A stretch of 64,000 bases of DNA, taken from NCBI GenBank assembly GCA_965222115.1, contig CBDCTJ010000003.1, positions 480,001 through 544,000 on the forward strand, written 5' to 3'. Each line of letters begins with the position of its first letter. Position 1 is the stretch's first letter. The notes under the pieces were generated by a model. It made no database searches and was not told the origin of the DNA. It saw only the letters and a program-made list of their open reading frames with translations. Both the position numbers and the translations under genes were made by a program. The DNA comes from Planctomycetota bacterium (GTDB lineage Bacteria; Planctomycetota; PLA2; JAEUHO01). Positions 40,501 through 49,295 of the stretch are shown here, one piece after another.

Positions 40501-41511
40501 GCCGTCATCAAACACGGGCAACTCAAATTTCCCCTCTTGATCTGCGAGTGCGAAGACGCCAACGCGCTCAAACGCGCTGCCCGTGACGCCAAACACGATT
40601 GCATCGGGAACAGGTGAACCATCCACCGTCGAAATCAACTGTCCGCGGTACAGGTCAGAGAGCCGTGGCACAGTGACGACGAGTTCCTTGTTCGGCGAAA
40701 ACCGAACGCGATCCCTTGTGTAGGACGTATGTGTAAAGTTCATGAGCGAGAGAGACACGTGATTCGTACTCAAGTGAGTTACCGTGAAGCGCCCACGGCC
40801 GTCGGTGTGGACTTCGCGGTCTTGGCTCGCGAAGATGAAAGCTGCTCGATGAGCACTTCGCGACGTGCCCGTCTCACTCGCACGAACGACTACCCACCCG
40901 CGAAACGGAGTGCCGTCCTCATAGATCGCGCGACCGCGAAGCGTCATTGTGCCGTGAGGTATCGCCAGCGCGACGTTCGCCACGGCGTCATCTGAATGCA
41001 GCCAGACGCGGCTACGCACGATGGGTTCGTCGGTATGTGATGTTCGAAGTTCATAGTGCCCGGCACACAGACCTTCGAACCGAAAGCGCCCGTCGCGATC
41101 ACTGTGCGCGGTTTTCAATGGCGGACCCGGTAGCGGCGTTAGGTCACCGCCGATTGCGATTTCAGCAGCGACTCTTTGCTGCATCGACAGGCTCGAATCC
41201 TCGGACGGGAGCCGACACGAGAATCGAAGCTCAACGGTTCCACTATGCAGATTGTCTCCGCGCGACAATGTGCCAACAATCGCACCCATGCCCGTTGCGA
41301 AACCACGCGCCACGGAGTCCTTACCGCGCGCGCCTTCAATACGTCCCACAAGCGTCGGACTGGAACCATCGCGTCCGGAACGATCACTCATCTGCTCGAT
41401 TGCGGTCGACGATTGCGCTGGTTGGGTACGATCACGTTCCCCGAGGACCACAAAACCGATCCACCCAATCGCAATGAACGAAATCAGCCACATGAGGAGT
41501 CGATGGCGCAA
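37594..41511 (-). CDS. Large membrane-anchored carboxypeptidase-regulatory-like repeat protein (1305 aa)
   Basis: N-terminal TM; repeated GRV.D..G.PV.GA...TD.DG.F. Confidence 0.88.
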   Translation of the reverse strand: MRHRLLMWLISFIAIGWIGFVVLGERDRTQPAQSSTAIEQMSDRSGRDGSSPTLVGRIEGARGKDSVARGFATGMGAIVGTLSRGDNLHSGTVELRFSCRLPSEDSSLSMQQRVAAEIAIGGDLTPLPGPPLKTAHSDRDGRFRFEGLCAGHYELRTSHTDEPIVRSRVWLHSDDAVANVALAIPHGTMTLRGRAIYEDGTPFRGWVVVRASETGTSRSAHRAAFIFASQDREVHTDGRGRFTVTHLSTNHVSLSLMNFTHTSYTRDRVRFSPNKELVVTVPRLSDLYRGQLISTVDGSPVPDAIVFGVTGSAFERVGVFALADQEGKFELPVFDDGGSGNFHVRADGFAPKAFNQPSTTLLEATHVIRMSPVGSVRGRVIDATGNGVEGVNVIVLQLPSEATESVSTASATSTKGGHFLVEHVAPGKILIVAQGNGYVSGVGTLFSIMNRDLDTMQDTQQLESEGVLESDVLVVRAAKVTGRVTNERGEPIEGALVRFHASHSGTLSVSSVGEPTSVGESFVVTGADGTFTLTDVVPDEPQRLSVEASGFPRHLSQEIRTTSGQTSRVDVVLPLGRTVSVTVTRSRTNEPLKDVEVYLKATPEEGRDERLVFGNGQVGTTDADGVVVFADAPHGELKVHVDDVAYAKTEPYTLSADQHAVAIKLEPGYSVYGTIEMPSDVEIRNLRVYAVESNAKSEGTRRVVHVFNESSFRIGRLKAGSVELRATATSDEWRYEAKKTVDAGSSGVNLVLKKSHKRERLLVRVVDPNNKPVTHGTVQVHYTARNGDEAEVSGDLTGGQVVLDVSDVSAHGTFAVYVKGLPDDLAPIHVSPPGGFPPSGELILRARKGESIIGRVVGDGQGLADIQITARRIDDADSSLLVFGDSRGWVVTGRDGKFVILGLNPGKYQLFLSGTDDWMPPAAEIELSTGQRSALIQMVPAVSATLTVVDEDGRPIENARASTFRSTEALVIRFDQWGGGFVLETNNLGKITLGSLDPSGTYRLEVEPPNDLRARYANRVIQEWRPKDETITLKRSYFIAGHVADADGRPVGPGVVRAHSAQSDQQADGKLNERGRFRITGVPEGTYNVSVVPDGLLEPVQLLLSHSHRSSKKAYSVELYAGNEDVEIRASVDPPMAITLSGISDMSFGEMRQIYIGNTTGYQVRHNLKVQRPIGRDRDVYRLYGFAPDATYAVGAYGSVDGRYFLRRGVLPGESVTIEPKNGGPLKGSIKLPAGVQLSHVMVRIHLPTGPYDFGVGAVTKFSKDGFPPGTWRVAITAHTRDGEYQKTLDATIDESFDVTLKKSK

Positions 41512-41617
41512 AGATACGTCCTTCCACGTCGCGACAACAGAGTAGCCTGTTTCCAGGCGTCAAGCCCGCAAATCTGTGCCGGGTGCAAATTTGCGGGGTT
41601 CGCGTAGACTCCGGTTC

Positions 41618-42082
41618 ATGTGCTTCGTGCTCTACGCCGCATCGTCGGTCCCATTGCCTGCAATCGCGTGGAACGAACATGCGCCTGGGCTGAGTGTGAG
41701 ACCCATCGAAGGCCCGGCGCAGTTTGATCGTTCCCTGCGTGAGAAGTTTCGTTTTTCCAACCTTGCGGAGATCGGTTCCAGCAGTAGCTGCGCGTGCAAC
41801 TTTCGCCGAACGGGCGATGTAGGCCTCGAAGCGCTTGGCGAAGATGGGCGACTACCCACAACCAGCAATTTGACGGGTTCAGACCACGACGACGAGAACG
41901 AGAATGCGTGGCTCGCCAACTACTTGCGACCGCACCTTGAGGCAGGAACCCAGGTCGAGTTGTACGGCTGTTGGTCGGGTGACGAAACGGAGCCAGCGGA
42001 AACCAAGATAGAGCGTGTGACATTGGATGAGATTGAGCATTGCTTTCTTGCGGAGCGCGTGCTGCTTCGATTGACGAACTAG
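41618..42082 (+). CDS. Hypothetical protein
   Basis: MCFVLYAAS..GSSSSCACNF..VELYGCWSGDE. Confidence 0.65.
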   Translation: MCFVLYAASSVPLPAIAWNEHAPGLSVRPIEGPAQFDRSLREKFRFSNLAEIGSSSSCACNFRRTGDVGLEALGEDGRLPTTSNLTGSDHDDENENAWLANYLRPHLEAGTQVELYGCWSGDETEPAETKIERVTLDEIEHCFLAERVLLRLTN

Positions 42083-42495
42083 AGTAGCGAGTTCACGCGC
42101 ATCAAATCCTTGCGCATCGCGCGCCGCAAGAAGAAGCTTCCAATGGGATCTACAAGCCGCCACAATCCATGGCAACGCACATCGGTTTCTAGCGTGACGC
42201 GCGTTCCCTTGTCGCCGTCGTCCGCGAACGTAAGTCGTACGATGCCCGAGAAGGCGCGTGACCGAATGCGCTCGGCCCATCGTGTGGGACGATCAAATTC
42301 TGAGATCTCCATGTCGAAGGCACCAATACCGCGCACCGATTCGCGCCACGTGATGCCGACTCGCAGCGACCCCTGAGGCTCCATTTCGATCGACTGAAGA
42401 CTCGATTGCCATTTAGGTCGATTGGCGGGGTCACCGAGGAAGTCGAAGACCTCTTCACGATGTGCCTGAATCTCAACGTCAAATCGAAAGCGCAT
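42079..42495 (-). CDS. SRPBCC/polyketide cyclase family protein
   Basis: EEVFDFLGDPANRPKW; GTRVT; C-terminal helix. Confidence 0.88.
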   Translation of the reverse strand: MRFRFDVEIQAHREEVFDFLGDPANRPKWQSSLQSIEMEPQGSLRVGITWRESVRGIGAFDMEISEFDRPTRWAERIRSRAFSGIVRLTFADDGDKGTRVTLETDVRCHGLWRLVDPIGSFFLRRAMRKDLMRVNSLL

Positions 42496-42614
42496 TCGAG
42501 GAGCGTAGCCGACCTCATGGGGAAGGGGATTTTGTGGTCAACCCCAGGACCCTTTCGCGCCTATCTCCTCAGCGCCCCAAATCAACGCCCGTCGGGTGTC
42601 AACGAGGAGTCACC

Positions 42615-43094
42615 ATGTTGAAGCCCAACCGACAGATACTGGCCTGGAGCGCAGCCGCGCTCGGATTCGCAAGCATTGTCGCGTGCTTCTTGCCCTGGCG
42701 CGTGGTGGAGGCCACAGGAGACCTCGCTCGCTACGCACGGACGGGGCCTCGAGGTGACGCAACGGAGCTTGCGTTAGGATTCGCAGTAATGGGCACGGCC
42801 CTATTCGCGGGCTTCCTGTGTTGCATAATCGCTCGGAGAAAGGAGCACGCACTTCGCCTGCAACCCCGCACGGTAGCCATTGCTGCAACCGCCCTCTTTG
42901 CACTCGGCTTTGTACTCGCGGTGATGATCGCTCTCGACGACTGGTACGGCTATCGCTCCTTCGACAGTGGAACAATGAACAAGACGCGCGGACTTGGCCT
43001 ATGGCTCGCAATTGGACTACAAGGACTTGCATCTGCCGTGTCGTATTACGTGGTCGAAAAGAGTGCGTCGACCGCACGCCGCCGCAGATCTTGA
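42615..43094 (+). CDS. Four-TM membrane protein
   Basis: GAGGAG RBS; ACFLPW..GLGLWL. Confidence 0.7.
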   Translation: MLKPNRQILAWSAAALGFASIVACFLPWRVVEATGDLARYARTGPRGDATELALGFAVMGTALFAGFLCCIIARRKEHALRLQPRTVAIAATALFALGFVLAVMIALDDWYGYRSFDSGTMNKTRGLGLWLAIGLQGLASAVSYYVVEKSASTARRRRS

Positions 43095-43197
43095 TCGAAT
43101 AGTGCTCGCGTGACACGTGCAACTCACCGCAGACCTCGCGATTCCACGTAGGATAGACACCGGGCCTTGGATACGGTTCACGCTAGGCTAAAAAACA

Positions 43198-44898
43198 ATG
43201 CAGCGCGGACCTCGCTTTCCAGCACTAGGCCTTCTTTGTATTGCCGCCATTGCAATTGCCGGATGGCTAATCTCGTATAGCGTTGACGAATCGCATCAAT
43301 CGATATCCGAGTCGCATCTAGCGAATACACCATCGAAGAATCACGAGCCACTCGTGGCCTCGCCCAAAAAGCTAACTACAGCGCCAGTCACATTGCGCTC
43401 GTCGAAGGTCCGGAAAAAATTGAACGGCGGGCGGTTCACCGTAACAGCTCTAACGCAGTCGGGAGTACCACTAGCGCAGGCAGTCTTGATGGTTACCGAC
43501 GGACGCTCCAAATTCTACGCCGGTACAGACGCCGCGGGCCGAGCCACCATTTGTGATATCCCGTTTGATGGTTCGTACTCTGCATCAATCATTTCCGCGG
43601 GACGCCTATTGCCTGGCATACGTGCAAGCGCTGATCGGGCGCGAACCTGTTCATTCCCAATCACGGAACAATCACTCGATATCATTCACCCACAGAGGAT
43701 CCTGCTGACATTTCACGCGGTAGACGCGACCACCGGAATGCCCCTAGAAGACGGGGTCATTCGACTCGCCGACAGATCGTTACTCGCCGATCCAAATCCA
43801 ACCATCGTAGACGCGCAAGAACCCATACGTCTACCAATAGGGACGAGACTAAATGTGTCATTCGACGTACAAGCGCCCGGCGGCACGATCGCGGCGGATC
43901 CAATGTCCATCTCGTCGCCGATTAGTATCTATGCCAAGCGTGTGGAGATGCACTACCCGCTCCGGCAGGAAGCACTCATCTACGCGAACGACAACTGGCC
44001 AACAAGAACGTCGCAGCTTCCAGAACTGTTGGACGTGAGCGTTGAGTATCGCGACGTCGGTGAGCCCAAGTTCGAGTCGAGTATCGGCAATCGTGTGCGT
44101 ATCAGAGGTATACCTCATTTCCCAAATACCCGGCTGTCGGTGCGCGCGCAATTCTTCAGCGGAGAAGTAACTGAATCGTATACGCACACGACGATGCCGA
44201 AGGATGCTTGGATCCCCATCGAACTCGACAAGTTGATCACGGTTGCCTTGGGCAAGAACCTTCAACACACGAGTAGTTGGGGTAGACATACGAGAATCGA
44301 TTCACCCATAGATTGGCCAACACCGCGCTTCGGCGGCAAGCGAACAACTGAGGGAACCGCACGCGCAACTGTTACCGTCGTTCGACGCAACGGGGAACCG
44401 GCACGTGGTTCGACGGTCAGTATAGCGGGGCAGCATGTGATGACTGATGCCTATGGACGCGCGACTCTGTCCACCTTGCCCGATGGAAGGCACCGCGTTT
44501 TCGCCGCGCTACCGGGCATGGTGTGCGCGAAGAGTGAGATCCACGTCTCCGCAGGACGTCCTGCAACCGACTTGCGTCTTACGGAACCCAAAGGACTCAC
44601 AATCGATCTAGCCGTCGAGGACCATCGAGGCACGCCAACTCCCTACGCACAGGTCTACGTGGCGCAAGAGAGCGGAAATCCATGGGTCGATCTACAAGAC
44701 GGAGTACAGCGACTCGACCGCTACACGGATTACCTGGGCAAAAAACGACTGTGTCACGTCGAACCCGGCAAGATAAAGATAATCGTCGCGTGGGCCTGCA
44801 AGCGACACGAAGCGTCATTCGAACTGCGCGATGCATCCATCGTTCACGAGCTTCGAATTCGTATGAAGGATCCACTCGGTGACTCAACTGCCAAGTGA
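43198..44898 (+). CDS. Membrane-anchored carboxypeptidase-regulatory-like domain protein
   Basis: N-terminal TM; TDAAGRA, TDAYGRATLSTLPDG, VEDHRGTP. Confidence 0.75.
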   Translation: MQRGPRFPALGLLCIAAIAIAGWLISYSVDESHQSISESHLANTPSKNHEPLVASPKKLTTAPVTLRSSKVRKKLNGGRFTVTALTQSGVPLAQAVLMVTDGRSKFYAGTDAAGRATICDIPFDGSYSASIISAGRLLPGIRASADRARTCSFPITEQSLDIIHPQRILLTFHAVDATTGMPLEDGVIRLADRSLLADPNPTIVDAQEPIRLPIGTRLNVSFDVQAPGGTIAADPMSISSPISIYAKRVEMHYPLRQEALIYANDNWPTRTSQLPELLDVSVEYRDVGEPKFESSIGNRVRIRGIPHFPNTRLSVRAQFFSGEVTESYTHTTMPKDAWIPIELDKLITVALGKNLQHTSSWGRHTRIDSPIDWPTPRFGGKRTTEGTARATVTVVRRNGEPARGSTVSIAGQHVMTDAYGRATLSTLPDGRHRVFAALPGMVCAKSEIHVSAGRPATDLRLTEPKGLTIDLAVEDHRGTPTPYAQVYVAQESGNPWVDLQDGVQRLDRYTDYLGKKRLCHVEPGKIKIIVAWACKRHEASFELRDASIVHELRIRMKDPLGDSTAK

Positions 44899-46794
44899 AA
44901 TTCCCATTCGACCGGCATCAAGTGTGAGTGTGACCTCCTTGATTCCACGAACAACGACCACTTCCACGGTCTTGGCGCCGGAGTCCTTCACTTGCTGAAT
45001 GGCATCGATAAGGTCCTGCACTGCATCGATTCGCTTCCCGTTGTACGTCGCCAAGTAATCGCCGCGCCTCACGCCTGCCTTTCCAGCATTCCCATCCTTT
45101 TGAACGCTCGCTATGCGCAGCGTAGGCGCTGCGAATTGCTCATCTAATGGGCCATAGAGTATGAGAAATGAGCGAACCACGTGACTCGCCTTATTGACTT
45201 CTGCCTGTGGCGGTGACTTCTCTTTGCCACTGAAATCGTAGCGACTCGGCTCATAGTTCAGCAGCCATGTTCGGCTCGTCGTTAGAAGCGGGGACACATC
45301 AATCCACCAGGGATGCACAACATCACCAGGCGCCCAGCCAGCACGCGAGTACTTCCAAGTGCCAAACTGAGGCCGGTTGGGATTCAAGTAGCAGTCGGTT
45401 TTCCACAGCACATTCTCAAAGCGCTCGCTTTCCTGCGATTCCCCTTCGGCGCTCACGACGATCGCGCGCTTGGAACGCGTAAACTCCCCCACCTGTGAAT
45501 GGCCGGTAGTGGTCGTGACGATGCGCGCCTGCCTGACGTCGTCGTCGATCTCCACAGTTCGAGAGTCAAAGAAATCCCGAAAGTGATTTTCGTCGGACTT
45601 GTACTTTGCGGTTCCGTGCCAAAGTGGAACTACCTTGATCGGTGCCGTCTCAGGGGCGCCGTGATAGAAGTCGAGCGACACGCTCATCATATAGCCACGG
45701 TTCTTGTAAAACGTGGTGCCTGCAGCGATTTCGAACTTGCGCTTCCCGGTGAGCAAGGGGCGAAAGTGCGAAATGTCCACCTGCCAATGACAGGGTGTGC
45801 GGTACGACGTGATGAAAGGCACGATGCCGAGCTTTTTTCCCTCGTCGTCGAAGATCGATATCTCGCCGTTGCGATCCCACTCGTCCCAGTCCTTGCCCGC
45901 GTCGTGGATGTCCAACGTGAGAATCACACGACCTAAGGCCCACTTGATAGGCGGCAAATCGACAGTCGTCTGATAGGCAGTCTTCGAGTTATTCGTAAGT
46001 ACATGATTAAACACGCCCACGTGTAAGGGCGCTCGACGCTTCTTCGCTTTGGCACCTACCGTTTCCGATAACTGCTTCACATCAAATTGTGTTGAAGCAT
46101 CCTTTCGCGTGCCGGCGAAGAACCCAATCCGAGACTCATACGGCAGGAGCCCCGCCACAAAATACTTGTCGTACACCGACTCACCGGCAACGCGAACCGA
46201 TACGTCGGCACCGCCAATTCCATGAGCCACGACCACCTCGACGTCGGCGAAGTCGCCTCGAAACTCCTTGGGCGCCACGCGTTTCACAAGCTCACGCCCA
46301 TCGAAATGGAGCGAGATTTCTCGCTCGGGGTTTCCCATGTAGTTGCCCCACGCGCTGAACGGACTCTCATCCTTCGGATTGTGAACATCGAACCCTATGC
46401 CAAATGACCCCTTGAGATCGGGCGCTACGACGTCAGACAAATACGGCGCCGCACCTCGCCTTCCAAAGTGGGCGGTATTGAGAAACGCGATCGACCCACC
46501 ATCACCGCCTTCAAGCACCCGCAGCTTGAGTTTCAACGTGCGCGTCTCATAGGCCCCCGGATGCTCTACGTCGTACCCGGCGGTATTGGATTGGTTCGCC
46601 GTCTTGGCGGCATCGAGCAGAAGGAGGACCTCGCCCTCGCTCTTCGGCCCTTCACCCTCTCGATACGTACTGAGCTGAGGTGTTTGTTCGCTGGGCTCGG
46701 GCGATGCGAACGCCAACGACGAACTCGTTACAAGAAGCAGATAGAGCGCGATGTTTAATGACCGTCGAACTGTCTGGTGGGCGGTGGTTTGCAT
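44884..46794 (-). CDS. Peptide-N-glycosidase F-related protein with N-terminal lectin-like and C-terminal PDZ domain
   Basis: DEWDR, FITSY, TTGH, GTWKYSRAGWAPG; PDZ AGKAGVRRGDYLATYNG; GGDG..GIGFD lectin-like segment. Confidence 0.75.
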   Translation of the reverse strand: MQTTAHQTVRRSLNIALYLLLVTSSSLAFASPEPSEQTPQLSTYREGEGPKSEGEVLLLLDAAKTANQSNTAGYDVEHPGAYETRTLKLKLRVLEGGDGGSIAFLNTAHFGRRGAAPYLSDVVAPDLKGSFGIGFDVHNPKDESPFSAWGNYMGNPEREISLHFDGRELVKRVAPKEFRGDFADVEVVVAHGIGGADVSVRVAGESVYDKYFVAGLLPYESRIGFFAGTRKDASTQFDVKQLSETVGAKAKKRRAPLHVGVFNHVLTNNSKTAYQTTVDLPPIKWALGRVILTLDIHDAGKDWDEWDRNGEISIFDDEGKKLGIVPFITSYRTPCHWQVDISHFRPLLTGKRKFEIAAGTTFYKNRGYMMSVSLDFYHGAPETAPIKVVPLWHGTAKYKSDENHFRDFFDSRTVEIDDDVRQARIVTTTTGHSQVGEFTRSKRAIVVSAEGESQESERFENVLWKTDCYLNPNRPQFGTWKYSRAGWAPGDVVHPWWIDVSPLLTTSRTWLLNYEPSRYDFSGKEKSPPQAEVNKASHVVRSFLILYGPLDEQFAAPTLRIASVQKDGNAGKAGVRRGDYLATYNGKRIDAVQDLIDAIQQVKDSGAKTVEVVVVRGIKEVTLTLDAGRMGISLGS

Positions 46795-46839
46795 GCCAGA
46801 ACACTACGCGCAACACAGCTCGCGCTAAAACGAATGTAT

Positions 46840-47730
46840 CTAGTGAATCAGCACGCAGCGCGCGCCGTCGTTCCAGGCGACACCACCGGGGCCCACTGTA
46901 GACACTTCGGCGGGGGAAATGCCCGCACTCGGGTCGCTCAAGTCGATGCGATAAATCGTGCCACTGTCGTTGTCACTGAAGAAGGCATTGCCATCCCACG
47001 TCATGTAACCAGCACCGAGCGAGCGATGCGTACTAGGAATACCGGTGTCGCCGAGATTCGTCGTTTCGCCCGTAGTCGGGTCAATACGCCACAGGTCTCG
47101 CGTGTCGGGATCGGGGCGTCGATGGACGCCGTAGAGGAAGCCGTCTTGGAGTGAGTAGACCCAGTCGCCGATGTAGCCCGGGCGCCCCTCGCCGATGTAC
47201 GGTGTCCAAGTGACCTTATTCATATAGTCCGGCGAGTGGGGATTGACATCTACAGTAATCATGCCGTCGGCGGATCCCTCCGACATGATCAATTTTCCGT
47301 CGAGTGTAACGTCACCGATGTACATGCGGGCTGGCACATTTGGTTGCACGTCCGCGGGTACCGGTACAAGCACCACGTCTACATCTACGCGATCCGGAAG
47401 CACAGTCGCAACGACAATCGAAAGCGTGGTTGGGTCCGCCGCGTCCTGTTCACGCGCGATCCCGTAGATCTTGTGGTCAATCGGATTGTATCCAATGGCG
47501 TTTATCTGATCATCGAAGTTATCGGGTAGCAGGGTTGCATCGCCCGTCCCAAGGTCTACCTGATAAAAGTCGCCCTCCGCGCCTTGCACCATGTATCCAT
47601 ACGAACACAACGCTCGCTGAGAGGGAGTGAGCGCGGCCATCAGTCCTTCGTTACCGCCGCAACCACAACTTGACGCGAGCGATGCAATCAGGACGAGCAG
47701 CACGGCGTGTATTAGGGATCGAGCGTTCAT
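46840..47730 (-). CDS. DUF6923-like beta-propeller lipoprotein
   Basis: INAIGYNPIDHKIYG, LWRIDPTTG, C-terminal NDGARC. Confidence 0.7.
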   Translation of the reverse strand: MNARSLIHAVLLVLIASLASSCGCGGNEGLMAALTPSQRALCSYGYMVQGAEGDFYQVDLGTGDATLLPDNFDDQINAIGYNPIDHKIYGIAREQDAADPTTLSIVVATVLPDRVDVDVVLVPVPADVQPNVPARMYIGDVTLDGKLIMSEGSADGMITVDVNPHSPDYMNKVTWTPYIGEGRPGYIGDWVYSLQDGFLYGVHRRPDPDTRDLWRIDPTTGETTNLGDTGIPSTHRSLGAGYMTWDGNAFFSDNDSGTIYRIDLSDPSAGISPAEVSTVGPGGVAWNDGARCVLIH

Positions 47731-48048
47731 AGAGCCTCACAGGGGGAGCGCACGTGCCCCTCTCGACCTGCGAGCACCCAATCTTGACGGGAAACCGCCT
47801 GGCGAGGCCAAGGCGGACGAATTGAAGTTGGGGGAAGTATCAGCTCGATTCAACTGCGGCCTTCAATGGCGAAACATGCCCCATGGTTCGTGAATTCAAG
47901 TGCCGCTCGCTTCCCTACCTTGCGCGCCGTGACATTGGTCACCATCCAAGCGCTCCATGAGCAAGAAAGGAGTGAAGGAAGCACTTTCACACATGACATT
48001 GAGCGTGTGTGAATACGATACGCCGTTCTCCATCCCGAGGATCTCGCA

Positions 48049-49293
48049 ATGCGCGTGGCAGCGGTCGCACTCTTCTTCTTGATTCTGATCTTTCCGGTCC
48101 AGGCAGCGCTCGCGCGCGGTGGTCCACCCAGGCGGGCCAAACCTGTGAAGGCCGCGGCGCTTGAACGGCGTTCGGTTCAGGCCGGTCGCAGCTTCGTGGG
48201 CACGATTGAGCCCTCGCGACGCTCGCAGGTGAGTGTGGAGACGGCGGGGTTGGTTGTTACACGCCCTGCGACACTCGGGCAGCGGATCGAAGCAAAGTCA
48301 ACCATTGCGACGCTACGGGCCGACGTCATTTCAAAACTGATTCTGATTGCAGAGGCGCGTGTTACGAAAGCGACCCGCGCATTAGAAGTATTGCAGAACG
48401 GCGCACGCGAAGAGGACAAGCGCGCGGCTGCGGCGCGTGTTGTGCGATCCAAGGCAACGCTTGACACGGCGCGTTGGAAGCTCTCGCGGGTGAAACGGCT
48501 CTACGACGACGGGCGCAAAGTGCCGGAAGATGAAGTGCGCTCGGCATCACTCGCGGTCACGGTGGCAGAACGCGATTTGGAAGCCGCCAACGCGGAGCTC
48601 GACAAACTCCGGGCGGGCGCGCGCGCCGACGAGATTGCACAAGCGCAAGCCGAAGTTGCCGTGCAACAGGCCGAAGTGGGCCGGTTGAAACTCGTCGAAA
48701 AACAACACACGGCAAAGGCTCCATTTTCCGGCTACGTGGTTGCTGAACGAACAGAAGTCGGACAGTGGGTGCGGGCCGGTGATCCGGTGGTGGAACTTGT
48801 TGATTTGGATCACGTGGACGTCGTGATTCCCGTGCTCGAAGACTTCATCGGCGGGGTCGTAGTAGGAGCGACGCAAACGGTGACGATTCCGGCGCTAGGC
48901 GACACGCCCTTTGACGGCAAGATCGTTGGCATCGTTCCTCAGGCCGCAACCGGTACGCGCACAATTCCGGTTCGCATTCGCGTCAAGAACAAGATCACCG
49001 ACAGAGGACCCATACTCAAGGCGGGCATGTTTGCCCGCGTCTCGCTGCCGGTAGGCAAACCAACCAAAGCACTGATGGCACCGAAAGACGCGCTCAAACT
49101 GGGCGGGCGCCAGCCGGAAGTTTTCGTCGTCGATCCAGAGTCAAAGCGTGCACTGCCCGTGCCCGTAACGCTGGGCGTAACGGACGGTGCATGGATTGAA
49201 GTTCGCGGTGCGGTCCAAGAAGGTCAACAGGTAGTCACCAAAGGGAACGAACGTTTGATTCCCGGTGACGTCGTTCAGGTGGAGGCAAAGTAG
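48049..49293 (+). CDS. RND efflux periplasmic adaptor subunit
   Basis: Coiled hairpin, APFSGYV..VGQWV..G, LKAGMFARV. Confidence 0.93.
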   Translation: MRVAAVALFFLILIFPVQAALARGGPPRRAKPVKAAALERRSVQAGRSFVGTIEPSRRSQVSVETAGLVVTRPATLGQRIEAKSTIATLRADVISKLILIAEARVTKATRALEVLQNGAREEDKRAAAARVVRSKATLDTARWKLSRVKRLYDDGRKVPEDEVRSASLAVTVAERDLEAANAELDKLRAGARADEIAQAQAEVAVQQAEVGRLKLVEKQHTAKAPFSGYVVAERTEVGQWVRAGDPVVELVDLDHVDVVIPVLEDFIGGVVVGATQTVTIPALGDTPFDGKIVGIVPQAATGTRTIPVRIRVKNKITDRGPILKAGMFARVSLPVGKPTKALMAPKDALKLGGRQPEVFVVDPESKRALPVPVTLGVTDGAWIEVRGAVQEGQQVVTKGNERLIPGDVVQVEAK

Positions 49294-49295
49294 CC

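Noticed and set aside
40805-40817. GTGTGGACTTCGC matching the E3 left end (also GCGTGGATTTTG near 23043)
   Set aside because: Inside intact coding frames and lacking the rest of the repeat; likely chance.
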